From assembly GCF_000007145.1 (NCBI RefSeq), contig NC_003902.1, forward strand, positions 5,044,188 to 5,076,187: a stretch of 32,000 nucleotides of DNA, read 5' to 3'. The translations under genes were made by a program, and so were the position numbers. Under the pieces are notes generated by a model. It was not told the DNA's origin, searched no databases, and saw only the letters and a program-made list of their open reading frames with translations. Source of the DNA: Xanthomonas campestris pv. campestris str. ATCC 33913. Its GTDB lineage: Bacteria > Pseudomonadota > Gammaproteobacteria > Xanthomonadales > Xanthomonadaceae. Below are positions 1 through 8,220 of the stretch, in pieces. Within the stretch, counting starts at the first letter, position 1. Each line of letters opens with the position of its first letter.

Positions 1-1061
1 GTGCCCCACTGTGCTTCGGAATCGAACACCGCCAGGTTGGTCCAGGCCTGCACGCCGTTGCCGAATTCCCAGGTGCCGTACAGATACCCGGACAGGTCCT
101 TGCTGCCGCTGCGCAGCAGCCAGTCGCCGTAGTCGGCGCTCAGCCCGCACAGCTGGCCGGTGTTGGTGGTGGTGTCGGTATTGCGGTTGTAGAGCAGCCG
201 ATCAGCGCGGTAATAGGCGCCGCCAAACTGTTCGCACGCACCCGGTGGCGGCGCCTGGCGGGTGCCGGTGGCGTTGTCGATCAGGGCAATGCCGCTGCTG
301 GGGCGAAACCCCACCCGGCGCTGCTCGGTGGTCCAGGCGCTGTAGGGCGCGTCGCTGGCGTCGTCCATCTGCGGACGGTCGCGGCCGAACAGCGGGTCGC
401 GGCTGGTGTACTGCAGCGCGTAGGTCACGCTCCAGTTGTCGCCGGTGCGCCCGCCGGCCCAGGACACATCCGCGGTATCGCGCCCGCCCTCGGTGGAGGT
501 GCCGCCGCGCATGCGGAACTGGTCGCCGCTGTAGTTCTGCTTGAGGATCACGTTGACCACGCCGGCGATCGCGTCCGAGCCGTAGATCGCCGAGGCACCA
601 CCGGTGAGCACTTCCACCCGGTCCACCGCCGCGGCAGGGATGTTGCTGTAGTTGGAGACGTTGCTCTGCCCGTTATAGGGAAGCGGGTAATCGGCCACGC
701 GGCGGCCGTTGACCAGCAGCAGGCTGCGGTTGGGGCCGAGGTTGCGCAGGTTGAGCGGGCTGGCGTTGGGCGTGTGCGAGCCCCAGCTGACATCCGCCTC
801 CACCGTGCCGATCGCCTGGTTCAACGTGCCGAGCATGTCGTAGACGGTGGTGAAGCCCTGGGCGCGGATCTCCTCCGAGCCGATGATCTGCACCGGCGCC
901 GGCCCTTCGGCCTGGACACGCTTGATGCGCGAGCCGGTCACGGTGACGGCGTCGAGTTGTTGCGGATCGGCCTGCTGCGCCAGCGCCGGGAACGGTGACA
1001 GCATGGCGAGCAAGAGGGCCTGGGACAGCACACGCGGGCGGTGACAACGGGAATCGGTCAT
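1..1061 (-). CDS. TonB-dependent outer-membrane receptor, N-terminal part (3' end runs off the window)
   Basis: Absent from the ORF track because it has no in-window stop. Reverse-complement translation from ATG 1061..1059 reads MTDSRCHRPRVLSQALLLAMLSPFPALAQQADPQQLDAVTVTGSRIKRVQAEGPAPVQIIGSEEIRAQGFTTVYDMLGTLNQ...NRSLLLVNGRRVADYP...VDRVEVLTGGASAIYGSDAIAGVVNVILK. This gives a signal peptide, a TonB-box-like DAVTVTG and plug-domain motifs. The frame stays open to position 1. Confidence 0.85.
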   Translation of the reverse strand, partial: MTDSRCHRPRVLSQALLLAMLSPFPALAQQADPQQLDAVTVTGSRIKRVQAEGPAPVQIIGSEEIRAQGFTTVYDMLGTLNQAIGTVEADVSWGSHTPNASPLNLRNLGPNRSLLLVNGRRVADYPLPYNGQSNVSNYSNIPAAAVDRVEVLTGGASAIYGSDAIAGVVNVILKQNYSGDQFRMRGGTSTEGGRDTADVSWAGGRTGDNWSVTYALQYTSRDPLFGRDRPQMDDASDAPYSAWTTEQRRVGFRPSSGIALIDNATGTRQAPPPGACEQFGGAYYRADRLLYNRNTDTTTNTGQLCGLSADYGDWLLRSGSKDLSGYLYGTWEFGNGVQAWTNLAVFDSEAQWG

Positions 1062-1470
1062 TCAAGCGTCTCGTCGGGGGCGGTGGTGCGACGGAAAGAC
1101 TTCGTCTTTTCAAACACTTGCGGGGGATAGTGTGCTTTGGACCGATCCAAATCCGGCGCGACGTGTGTCACGGTGTGGCAAAGATTAAGCAAGGCTAAAC
1201 CGTGGCGCCATACTGCGGCGCAGCAGACCGTACGGACTCAAGCGGAAGGGTGAACCCGGATCTGTTGCGAATTCAGGCAGTTGCCGTGGGCGCAGTGCGG
1301 ACTGCTGAGGGTACGCAAGCGCCGCTAACGGTTTCGCCCGCTTGTGGTCTCACTAAAAGCAGTCAACTGGCTTGATCGTCCGGCATTAGCGGGTTAAGGC
1401 CTGCTTATTCTGCGTTCGAGCAAGCATCGGCTCATGAACTCGCTGCGCAGGCTCAGCAAGCCACAGGCAT

Positions 1471-1494
1471 AAAAAAGCCCGGTCGAGACCGGGC
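1471..1494 (-). terminator. Rho-independent terminator downstream of the DUF2628-like gene
   Basis: On the minus strand GCCCGGTC/GACCGGGC form a stem followed by TTTTTT (plus strand: aaaaaa gcccggtc ga gaccgggc). It lies 50 nt after the stop at 1545. Confidence 0.65.
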
Positions 1495-1544
1495 TTGGCA
1501 ACGCTGCGCAGCGGCGGGAGGGGCCGGCGCGGCCATGCCATGAC

Positions 1545-1934
1545 TTACCAGCGCATGCCTTCGAACGGGTTGAAGCTGGTGCTGCCCTTCACCTTGTCCA
1601 GGTAGTAGGCGTAGTTGGCACTCATGCCGGCCAGCAGGGCCAGCGGGATGCTCAAGGCGTTGCCCAGCGAGCCGGGCAGGAACGAGGCAATGATGCCCAC
1701 CACCAGGCCGATGCCGATCAGGCCCAGCGCCTTGCGCCACAGGCCCAGGATAAAGAAGTAGATGAAGCCGAAGAACAGCGCGTAGAAGTTCATGCCGACC
1801 TTGAGCTTCTCGCCGAACGGCAGCGTCTTCAGCGTTTCCTTGTAGGCAGGATCCTTCGGACCGCCATGACGGTCGAAGAAGTCGAAGCGGAACTGCCACT
1901 TGGGGCTGAGCTGGGTGCGATCGAAGGTGTCCAT
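1545..1934 (-). CDS. DUF2628-like small inner-membrane protein
   Basis: 129-aa ORF with ATG at 1934. The N-terminus LSPKWQFRFDFFDRHGGP followed by two hydrophobic helices (NFYALFFGFIYFFILGLWRKALGLIGIGLVVGIIA) matches my recollection of DUF2628. Codon bias is typical of the window. Confidence 0.7.
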   Translation of the reverse strand: MDTFDRTQLSPKWQFRFDFFDRHGGPKDPAYKETLKTLPFGEKLKVGMNFYALFFGFIYFFILGLWRKALGLIGIGLVVGIIASFLPGSLGNALSIPLALLAGMSANYAYYLDKVKGSTSFNPFEGMRW

Positions 1935-2041
1935 TCCGTACCAATATGATTGAAAGCGTTTACATGATAGGCGATCGCGTATTCATGAGCACGCTCTTTC
2001 GGCGCCCGGGACATCACCAGGAACAAAGGGGCGCTACGCGG

Positions 2042-3838
2042 TCAGCGCTGGTCGGTGGGGCTGCTGCCGCGGCGGGAGCGCCGCAGTGCGTACAACGACT
2101 TGTCGGCACGGTCGACCACCGCCGCCAGTGCTTCGCCGTCCTGGCGCAGCGCGCTGCCCAGGGTGAAGCGGATCGGCGCATCGTCCGCCGCGTCCAGATA
2201 GTCGCGCGCCAGCGCGCTCAGCTGCGCAGGTGTGGGCTGATGCAGCAGCACCAAAAACTCGTCGCCGCCCAGCCGTACCAGGCGGTCCTGGGTGCGCAGC
2301 GGCTGGTTGAGGAACCAGGCCATCTGCACCAGCACTTCGTCGCCGCGCTGGTGGCCGTGGGTGTCGTTGACCAGCTTGAACTTGTCCAGGTCCACCACGA
2401 TGCAGCCCCAGCGCACGCTGGGGTCGCGCTTGTCCAGCTCGTCCAGATAGCGGCGGTTGAAGCAGTTGGTCAGCGGGTCGGTGAAGGACCATTCCAGCAG
2501 CTGCTTTTCCTGCTTGTACTGGTTGGTCACGTCCTGCGCATGCGCCAGCACCACGGTGCCATCGGCTTCCACGTCGAGCACGTTGTGGTACTGCCAGTGG
2601 CGCAGGCTGCCATCGCCGGCAACCAGCTCGATCACGCCCGAGTCCTGGCCATCGAGCACCATCCGCGACAGATAACCGTGCAAGGCGGCGTGCCGCTCCG
2701 GCCGCACCAATTCCACCAGCGCGCGGCCTTCCATGTCCTCCACGCTACGCCCGAGCGAGCGCGCGGCGGCCGGGTTCACGCTGATCAGGCGGCCGTCCAT
2801 GTCGTGGGTGCAGATCAGCCCCAGGCTGTACTGAAACATCTTGCGGAACTTGCGCTCGCTGGTGGCCAGGGCGTCCATCGCGCGGTGGCGGTCGGTGACG
2901 TCCTGGACGGCACCGATCAGGCGCATGCGCCCGTCGGTCATGTCCATCGCACCGGTGCTCTGCACCCATAAGTGGCGGCCGGTACTGCTGATCAGCGGCA
3001 GCTCCAGGTCCCATGGCGTGCCGTCGCGTACGCAGGCTTCCACCGCCTCGGTGATCACCGCGCGCGCGTCCAGCGGATAGAACGCGATCGCCTCGCCCAG
3101 GCTGGGCCGGTAGCCCGGCGGCAGATCGTGCAGGCGGCAGGTCTGGTCAGACCAGCTCAAGGTGCCGCTGGCCACATCCACTTCCCAACCGCCCACGCCG
3201 GCCACCCGCCCGGTGCGCTCCAGGAACGCTTCGCTCTCGCGCAGGCGCTGCTGCAGCTGGGCGTTGGTCTCGGCACGCTCCAGCATCAGGCGGCGCTGCT
3301 CCAGGCCCTCGGCCGCCACCCGTGCCAGATGCCGTAGGGCCTCCAGCTGGGCCGGTTGCAGCTGTCGCGGGCGCTGGTCGATCACGCACACCGTGCCCAT
3401 GCGCAGGCCATCGGAGAGCACGATCGGGGCACCGGCGTAGTAGCGGATGCCGGGTGCGTCGGTGACCAGTTCGTTGCCGCTGAAACGCGGGTCGTCCGAC
3501 GCATTGGGCACTTCCATCACTGCGTCATCGAGGATGGCATGCGCGCAGAACGCCAGCTCGCGCGGGGTCTGCGACACGCCCGGCAGGCCGACGTTGGCCT
3601 TCCACCATTGGCGGTGCTCGTCCACCAGCGACACCAGTGCGATCGGCGTGCCGGCAATGGCCTGCGCGGCGGCGGCCAGGGCGTCGAAGAACGGTTCGGC
3701 TTCGCTATCGACCACCCGCAGCAACGCCAGCCGCGCCAGGCGGTCGGTCTCGTTGGCCGCAAGCGGCGCTGCTACGTGGCGCTGTTTCAACGTGGTCGCT
3801 CGCCCGATGTCATCCGCGCAGTCTAGCGGAGCAGGCAT
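2042..3838 (-). CDS. GAF-PAS-PAS-GGDEF diguanylate cyclase
   Basis: Track ORF is 2042..3997. I prefer ATG 3838 (MPAPLDCADD...) because the 53 upstream codons are R/A/C-rich junk. It has a GAF-like N-terminus (ETDRLARLALLRVVDSEAEPFFDAL...IALVSLVDEHRQWWKANVGL) and two PAS-like segments. The GGDEF domain has an intact RLGGDEFLV and an RxxD I-site (RTQD) five residues upstream. Confidence 0.9.
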   Translation of the reverse strand: MPAPLDCADDIGRATTLKQRHVAAPLAANETDRLARLALLRVVDSEAEPFFDALAAAAQAIAGTPIALVSLVDEHRQWWKANVGLPGVSQTPRELAFCAHAILDDAVMEVPNASDDPRFSGNELVTDAPGIRYYAGAPIVLSDGLRMGTVCVIDQRPRQLQPAQLEALRHLARVAAEGLEQRRLMLERAETNAQLQQRLRESEAFLERTGRVAGVGGWEVDVASGTLSWSDQTCRLHDLPPGYRPSLGEAIAFYPLDARAVITEAVEACVRDGTPWDLELPLISSTGRHLWVQSTGAMDMTDGRMRLIGAVQDVTDRHRAMDALATSERKFRKMFQYSLGLICTHDMDGRLISVNPAAARSLGRSVEDMEGRALVELVRPERHAALHGYLSRMVLDGQDSGVIELVAGDGSLRHWQYHNVLDVEADGTVVLAHAQDVTNQYKQEKQLLEWSFTDPLTNCFNRRYLDELDKRDPSVRWGCIVVDLDKFKLVNDTHGHQRGDEVLVQMAWFLNQPLRTQDRLVRLGGDEFLVLLHQPTPAQLSALARDYLDAADDAPIRFTLGSALRQDGEALAAVVDRADKSLYALRRSRRGSSPTDQR

Positions 3839-4021
3839 AACAGCCCGCGCAGCAAATCCGTGCGCTGCCACGCAGATGTGCCGCTGGCCCAGGACGCAAC
3901 GGCATGTGCGGCTGCATCCGGCAGCAGGGCGCGGCAACCGATGCAGCAGTGCCGCGTGCGCGTGGAACCTGCACGGCGTCGCCCCGCGTCGTGGCACACG
4001 CAGTGCCTGGCCTGCGCAGAC

Positions 4022-5200
4022 CTACTGCGCGCCCTCGGGCTCGGCCGCGGCGCTGTCCTGGCGCATCTGCAGCGCCAGATACAGGCGCATGCAATCGTCG
4101 GTGACGCCCAGGTTCACCGCACACAGGTCCTGGATGCGCTGCATGCGGTAGTCCAGCGTATTGCGGTGAATGCCCAGCGCCTTGGCGGTAGGCGTCATGC
4201 GCATGCCATTGGCGAACCAGCACGACAAGGTCTGCAGCAACTGGCTGCGGCGGTCCTGCGTCAGCAGCGCCTGCAGCGGCTTGCGTAGTTCCTCGGCCTG
4301 CCAGGCCTGGCGCAGGTCGTCCACCAGCACCGGCAGGCGGTAGTCGTCGAAGAAGAAGGCATCGGCGCCCGGCGTGCGCGCCTTGCCGATGCGCATGGTG
4401 GTGCGCGCGATCTGGTGCGACAGCGCCAGCCCGTTGGGCTGCGGAAAATACTGGCCCAGCGCCAGGCGGATGCGCAGCGGGCTGCTGGCACGCATGCGCT
4501 CGAGCAAGGTGTGTGCACGCCGGCGTTGCTCGTCCACATTCCACTGCCCGCGCCGGTCCAGCGCCGGTTTAAGCACCACCAGCTCGTTGAGCGCGGTGGC
4601 GGCGATCAGGTTGCCGCGCTCGGGCGTGGACAGCAGCGTATGCAGGCGCTGCAACTCCACCAGCATGGCGTCCAGATCCAGGGTGTCGCTTTCCACTTCG
4701 ATCACCGCAGCTACGCGCGGCAGATCGAGCGCGATGCCTAGCCGTTCGGCCCAGCCGGCCAGCGCCGGGGTCGGCCCGTCGGTGCGGATCAGCCCCAGCG
4801 TGACTTCCTCGCGCAGGCGCGCGTCGCGGGCCAGCAGGCGCAGCAGCCCGGCTTGTTCGAGCATGGCCTCGGCGGCCATGCGCACCAGTTCGGCCTGTTG
4901 CCCGATGCGCGCAGGGTCGCCGGTCAGGCCCACGCAGCCGAGCACGCGGCCATCGACGATCAGCGGCAGGTTGACGCCGGGACGTACTGCGTCGAGCTGC
5001 TGCGCCAGCGCCGCGTCGATCTCCACCCGCCCCTGCCGCGACAGCACCAGCAGCGCGCCTTCATGCAGCTGGCCGATGCGCGCCGGGTCGCCGCTGGCAA
5101 CGATCACGCCGGTGTGGTCCATCACGTTGACGTTGCCGTCGATGATGGTCATCGAACGGTCGACGATGGACTGCGCCAGAGTGCGGTCGAGCGTAAGCAT
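4022..5200 (-). CDS. cdaR: CdaR/SdaR-family (PucR-type HTH) sugar-diacid regulator
   Basis: 392 aa. The N-terminus MLTLDRTLAQSIVDRSMTIIDGNVNVMDHTGVIVASGDPARIGQLHEGA is a diacid-recognition domain. The C-terminus TAKALGIHRNTLDYRMQRI is a PucR-type HTH. It sits next to glycerate kinase. Confidence 0.88.
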   Translation of the reverse strand: MLTLDRTLAQSIVDRSMTIIDGNVNVMDHTGVIVASGDPARIGQLHEGALLVLSRQGRVEIDAALAQQLDAVRPGVNLPLIVDGRVLGCVGLTGDPARIGQQAELVRMAAEAMLEQAGLLRLLARDARLREEVTLGLIRTDGPTPALAGWAERLGIALDLPRVAAVIEVESDTLDLDAMLVELQRLHTLLSTPERGNLIAATALNELVVLKPALDRRGQWNVDEQRRRAHTLLERMRASSPLRIRLALGQYFPQPNGLALSHQIARTTMRIGKARTPGADAFFFDDYRLPVLVDDLRQAWQAEELRKPLQALLTQDRRSQLLQTLSCWFANGMRMTPTAKALGIHRNTLDYRMQRIQDLCAVNLGVTDDCMRLYLALQMRQDSAAAEPEGAQ

Positions 5201-5250
5201 CGCCCTATGCTAGGGGAAACCCGGCGCCGGCCGGCGTGCGCGGCGCACCA

Positions 5251-6426
5251 TCAAGACGCGCGCGCCGGGACCGGCAACCCCGGTTGCGCCAGCGCCATGC
5301 CCACCTGCAACGCGGCGGCCACGTTCCGCGCGGCGATGCGCACATTGCTGGCCGCCTCGGCCAGGGCCTGCTCCACCGTGCAGGCGCGGTGCACCACCGC
5401 AAACATCGCTGCGATGCCGTGCGCATGCAGCAGGCCGGCGCCGTTGCCCAGGCACCCGGCAATGGCAATCACCGGCTTGCCGTGGTGCTGCGCCACCCGC
5501 GCCACCCCGACCGGGGTCTTGCCATGCAGGCTCTGGCTGTCGATGCGGCCTTCGCCGGTGAGGACCAGATCCGCCTGCGCAATGGTGGCGTCCAGGCCCA
5601 GCGCCTGCGCCACGATCTCCACGCCGGGCCGCAGCTGCGCGCCCAGAAACGCCACCAGCGCAGCGCCCAGCCCGCCGGCCGCGCCGCCACCGGGCAAGCC
5701 GTGCAGGCGCAGGCCGAGGTCGCGCTCGAGCAGGTTGGCGTAGTGCTGCAGGTTGGCATCGAGTTGCCGCACCATGGCCGGCGTTGCGCCCTTTTGCGGG
5801 CCGAACACCGCCGAGGCGCCGGTCGGGCCGATCAGCGGGTTGTCCACGTCGCAGGCCACTTCGATGTGGCATTCCTGCAGCCGCACGTCCAGGCCATCGG
5901 TCTCGATGCGGGCCAGCGCCGCCAGCGCACCGCCGCCCGCGCCGATCGGCTCATTACGCGCATCCAGCAGGCGCGCGCCCAGGGCTTGGGCCATGCCGGC
6001 GCCGCCGTCGTTGGTGGCGCTGCCGCCAATCCCGATGATGAAGCGCCGCGCGCCGGCATCCAGCGCGGCCAGGATCAGCTCGCCCACCCCGGCCGTGCTG
6101 GCCTGCAGCGGCGCGCGCTGCGCCGGGGGCACCAGCGCCAGGCCGCTGGCAGCGGCCATCTCGATCACCGCGGTGCGGCCATCGCCGGTCAACCCGAAGA
6201 ACGCCTGCACCGGCGTGCCCAGCGGGCCGCTGACGGTGCAGTCGATCACCCGCCCGCCGGTCGCGGCGACCAGCGCCGCCACCGTGCCCTCGCCGCCGTC
6301 GGCCACCGGCACCTTGGTGTAGCTCCAGTCGGGGAACACCTCGCGGAAGCCGGCCTCGATCTGGGTGGCCACCTCCAGCGCGGACAGGCTTTCCTTGTAC
6401 GAATCGGGCGCGATGACGATTTTCAT
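5251..6426 (-). CDS. glxK: Glycerate kinase
   Basis: 391 aa. MKIVIAPDSYKESLSALEVA...VPVADGGEGTV...IIGIGGSATNDGGAGM...LVLTGEGRIDSQSLHGKTP are hallmark glycerate kinase motifs. Confidence 0.92.
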   Translation of the reverse strand: MKIVIAPDSYKESLSALEVATQIEAGFREVFPDWSYTKVPVADGGEGTVAALVAATGGRVIDCTVSGPLGTPVQAFFGLTGDGRTAVIEMAAASGLALVPPAQRAPLQASTAGVGELILAALDAGARRFIIGIGGSATNDGGAGMAQALGARLLDARNEPIGAGGGALAALARIETDGLDVRLQECHIEVACDVDNPLIGPTGASAVFGPQKGATPAMVRQLDANLQHYANLLERDLGLRLHGLPGGGAAGGLGAALVAFLGAQLRPGVEIVAQALGLDATIAQADLVLTGEGRIDSQSLHGKTPVGVARVAQHHGKPVIAIAGCLGNGAGLLHAHGIAAMFAVVHRACTVEQALAEAASNVRIAARNVAAALQVGMALAQPGLPVPARAS

Positions 6427-6460
6427 GACGGAATGGGCTCAACGAAAAGGGGCACGGGCA

Positions 6461-7771
6461 TCACTGGTTCACCGCCCTGGCCGGTACCCGCAGCACCAAC
6501 GCGGCGCCCAGCACCATGGCCGCGGCCAGCACGTACAGGGCCAGCTCGGTGCTGTGGGTGGTGTCCTTGATCCAGCCCACCAGATAGGGGCTGACGAAGC
6601 CGGCAACCTGCCCGGTGGAATTGATCAGCGCCAGCCCACCGGCCGCGGCGGCGGCGGTCAGAAAGCCGTTGGTCAGCGGCCAGAACAGCGGCAGCCCGCT
6701 GACCGCGCCCATGGTGGCCAGGGTCATGCCCAGCAAGGCCAGCCACAGGTGGTCGGTGAGCGCGGCGGCCAGGCACAGGCCGGCGGCGCCCATCAGCAGC
6801 GGGATCACCAGATGCCAGCGGCGCTCGCGGCGGCGGTCGGCCGAACGCCCCATCAGCACCATGAACACCGCTGCGGCCAGATAGGGAATGGCACTCATCA
6901 GTCCGATCCGGGTCGGGTCGGTGACGCCGCTGCCCTGGATGATCGACGGCAGCCAGAAGTTGATCGCATACACCCCGCTCTGGATGCAGAAGTACACCGT
7001 GCCCAGCATCCACACCGCCGGGTTGCGCAGCACGGCCGCCAGCGAGGTGGACGCCCCGGCCGGCTTGCCCGCTTCATCGGCGTCCAGCGCGCGGGTCAGC
7101 GCCTGCTTCTCGCCCGGGGTCAGCCAGCGGGCCTGCTGCACGCCATCGCTGAGCAGAAACCACACGCCAACGCCCAGCAGCACGGTGGGCAGGCCCTGCA
7201 GCAGGAACATCCACTGCCAGCCGGCCAGCCCGCCCTGCCCGGCCGAAAAATGGCTCAGGATCCAGCCCGACAACGGCCCACCCAGCACCCCGGAAATGGG
7301 AATGGCCGACATGAAGATGGTCATGACCCGGCCATGCTGCGCGCGCGGGAACCAGCGCGTCAGGTACAGCACGATGCCCGGGAAAAAGCCGGCCTCGGCC
7401 GCGCCGGTGAGCAGGCGCAGGGTGTAGAACCCGGCCGGGGTGCGCACGAACATCAGGCCGGTGGAGAGCAGGCCCCAGCTGATCATCATGATCGCCACCC
7501 AGCGGCGCGCGCCCAGCCGCTGCAGGATCAGGTTGCTCGGCACCCCGCAGGCCAGGTAGCCGATGAAGAAGGTGCCTGCGCCCAACCCGTACACGGTCTC
7601 GCTCATGCCCAGATCGCCCAGCATCTGCAACTTGGCGAAGCCGACGTTGACCCGGTCCAGGTAATTGAACAGGTAGCAGACGAACAGGAACGGGATCAGC
7701 CGCAGCAGGATCTTGCGGTAGGTGGCGGCCATGCCGTCAGGCTGCGGCAGGGGCCGGGAGGCTGGGGTCAT
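6461..7771 (-). CDS. MFS transporter, anion:cation symporter (ACS) family, sugar-acid/tartrate-type
   Basis: Track ORF is 6461..7924. I prefer ATG 7771 (MTPASRPLPQPDGMAATYRKILLRLIPFLFVCYLFNYLDRVNVGFAKLQM), preceded by GGAG. It has 12-TM-like hydrophobic periodicity, and YLDRVNVGFA is typical of TtuB/GudP-like ACS transporters. Its stop lies 34 bp upstream of the glxK start. Confidence 0.88.
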   Translation of the reverse strand: MTPASRPLPQPDGMAATYRKILLRLIPFLFVCYLFNYLDRVNVGFAKLQMLGDLGMSETVYGLGAGTFFIGYLACGVPSNLILQRLGARRWVAIMMISWGLLSTGLMFVRTPAGFYTLRLLTGAAEAGFFPGIVLYLTRWFPRAQHGRVMTIFMSAIPISGVLGGPLSGWILSHFSAGQGGLAGWQWMFLLQGLPTVLLGVGVWFLLSDGVQQARWLTPGEKQALTRALDADEAGKPAGASTSLAAVLRNPAVWMLGTVYFCIQSGVYAINFWLPSIIQGSGVTDPTRIGLMSAIPYLAAAVFMVLMGRSADRRRERRWHLVIPLLMGAAGLCLAAALTDHLWLALLGMTLATMGAVSGLPLFWPLTNGFLTAAAAAGGLALINSTGQVAGFVSPYLVGWIKDTTHSTELALYVLAAAMVLGAALVLRVPARAVNQ

Positions 7772-8100
7772 CGCACGCTCCAACTCAGGGGTCGTCCAGG
7801 CGAACCGGACGCCGCAGCGCCCGCACCGCGGAAGGGGTGAACGCATTCTAGTTGGCGCTTTTTCCTGAAATCTTCGGCAGAGCGTTGCCTGTAGTGGCGC
7901 CGGCAAATACTGGTTTTTGTGCAAACACCCAAGCGGAGCGCTTCAGCCCCATCAGCCAAGGCAGCCCACCTAGCCAAGCCAGCCGCTGGCCGCCGCGCGC
8001 CCGACCGCTGCCAGACAAGCCCAACACCAAACGCGGCGAGCGCTGCCCGCTACCTCAGCACACGGACGCAGGCCCCCCCCCAGCCGAATCACGCCGCAGC

Positions 8101-8220
8101 CATCACCCCATCCACCCACAAGCCATCCAGCCCCACCGCTCTCCCTGCACAACGCCCTGCCCCCACCGCGCACGACCAACCGCTTCAACGATTCCCCACT
8201 CCCGATTCCCGATTCCCAGC
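8101..8220 (-). repeat. Strongly strand-skewed tract (G-rich on the minus/sense strand) ending in a GGGAATC-type heptad repeat
   Basis: My hand count for 8101..8220 on the plus strand is 65 C versus 14 G, with 11 C-tracts of >=3. The heptad part at 8189..8217 (cgattccccactcccgattcccgattccc) overlaps the last codons of the dipeptidase gene. Confidence 0.8.

Noticed and set aside
1240-1400. Cobalamin-riboswitch-like fragments (GGAAGGGTGAACCCGG, GTTGCGAATTCAGGCAG) in the TBDR upstream region
   Set aside because: These similarities are on the plus strand, the wrong orientation for the minus-strand TBDR. No convincing B12 box (GCCACTG ... AGNCAGGAGACCTGCC) is present on either strand.
3992-4006. 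Sigma54-like element TGGCAC-N5-GTGC
   Set aside because: It is on the plus strand with no plus-strand gene downstream, and its -12 element is imperfect (GTGC rather than TTGC). It is most likely a chance match in GC-rich DNA.
7845-7850. TAGAAT -10-like hexamer (minus strand) about 75 nt upstream of the MFS start
   Set aside because: No acceptable -35 lies at 16-18 nt spacing. It could be an activator-dependent (CdaR) promoter, but the sequence evidence alone is too thin to list as a feature.
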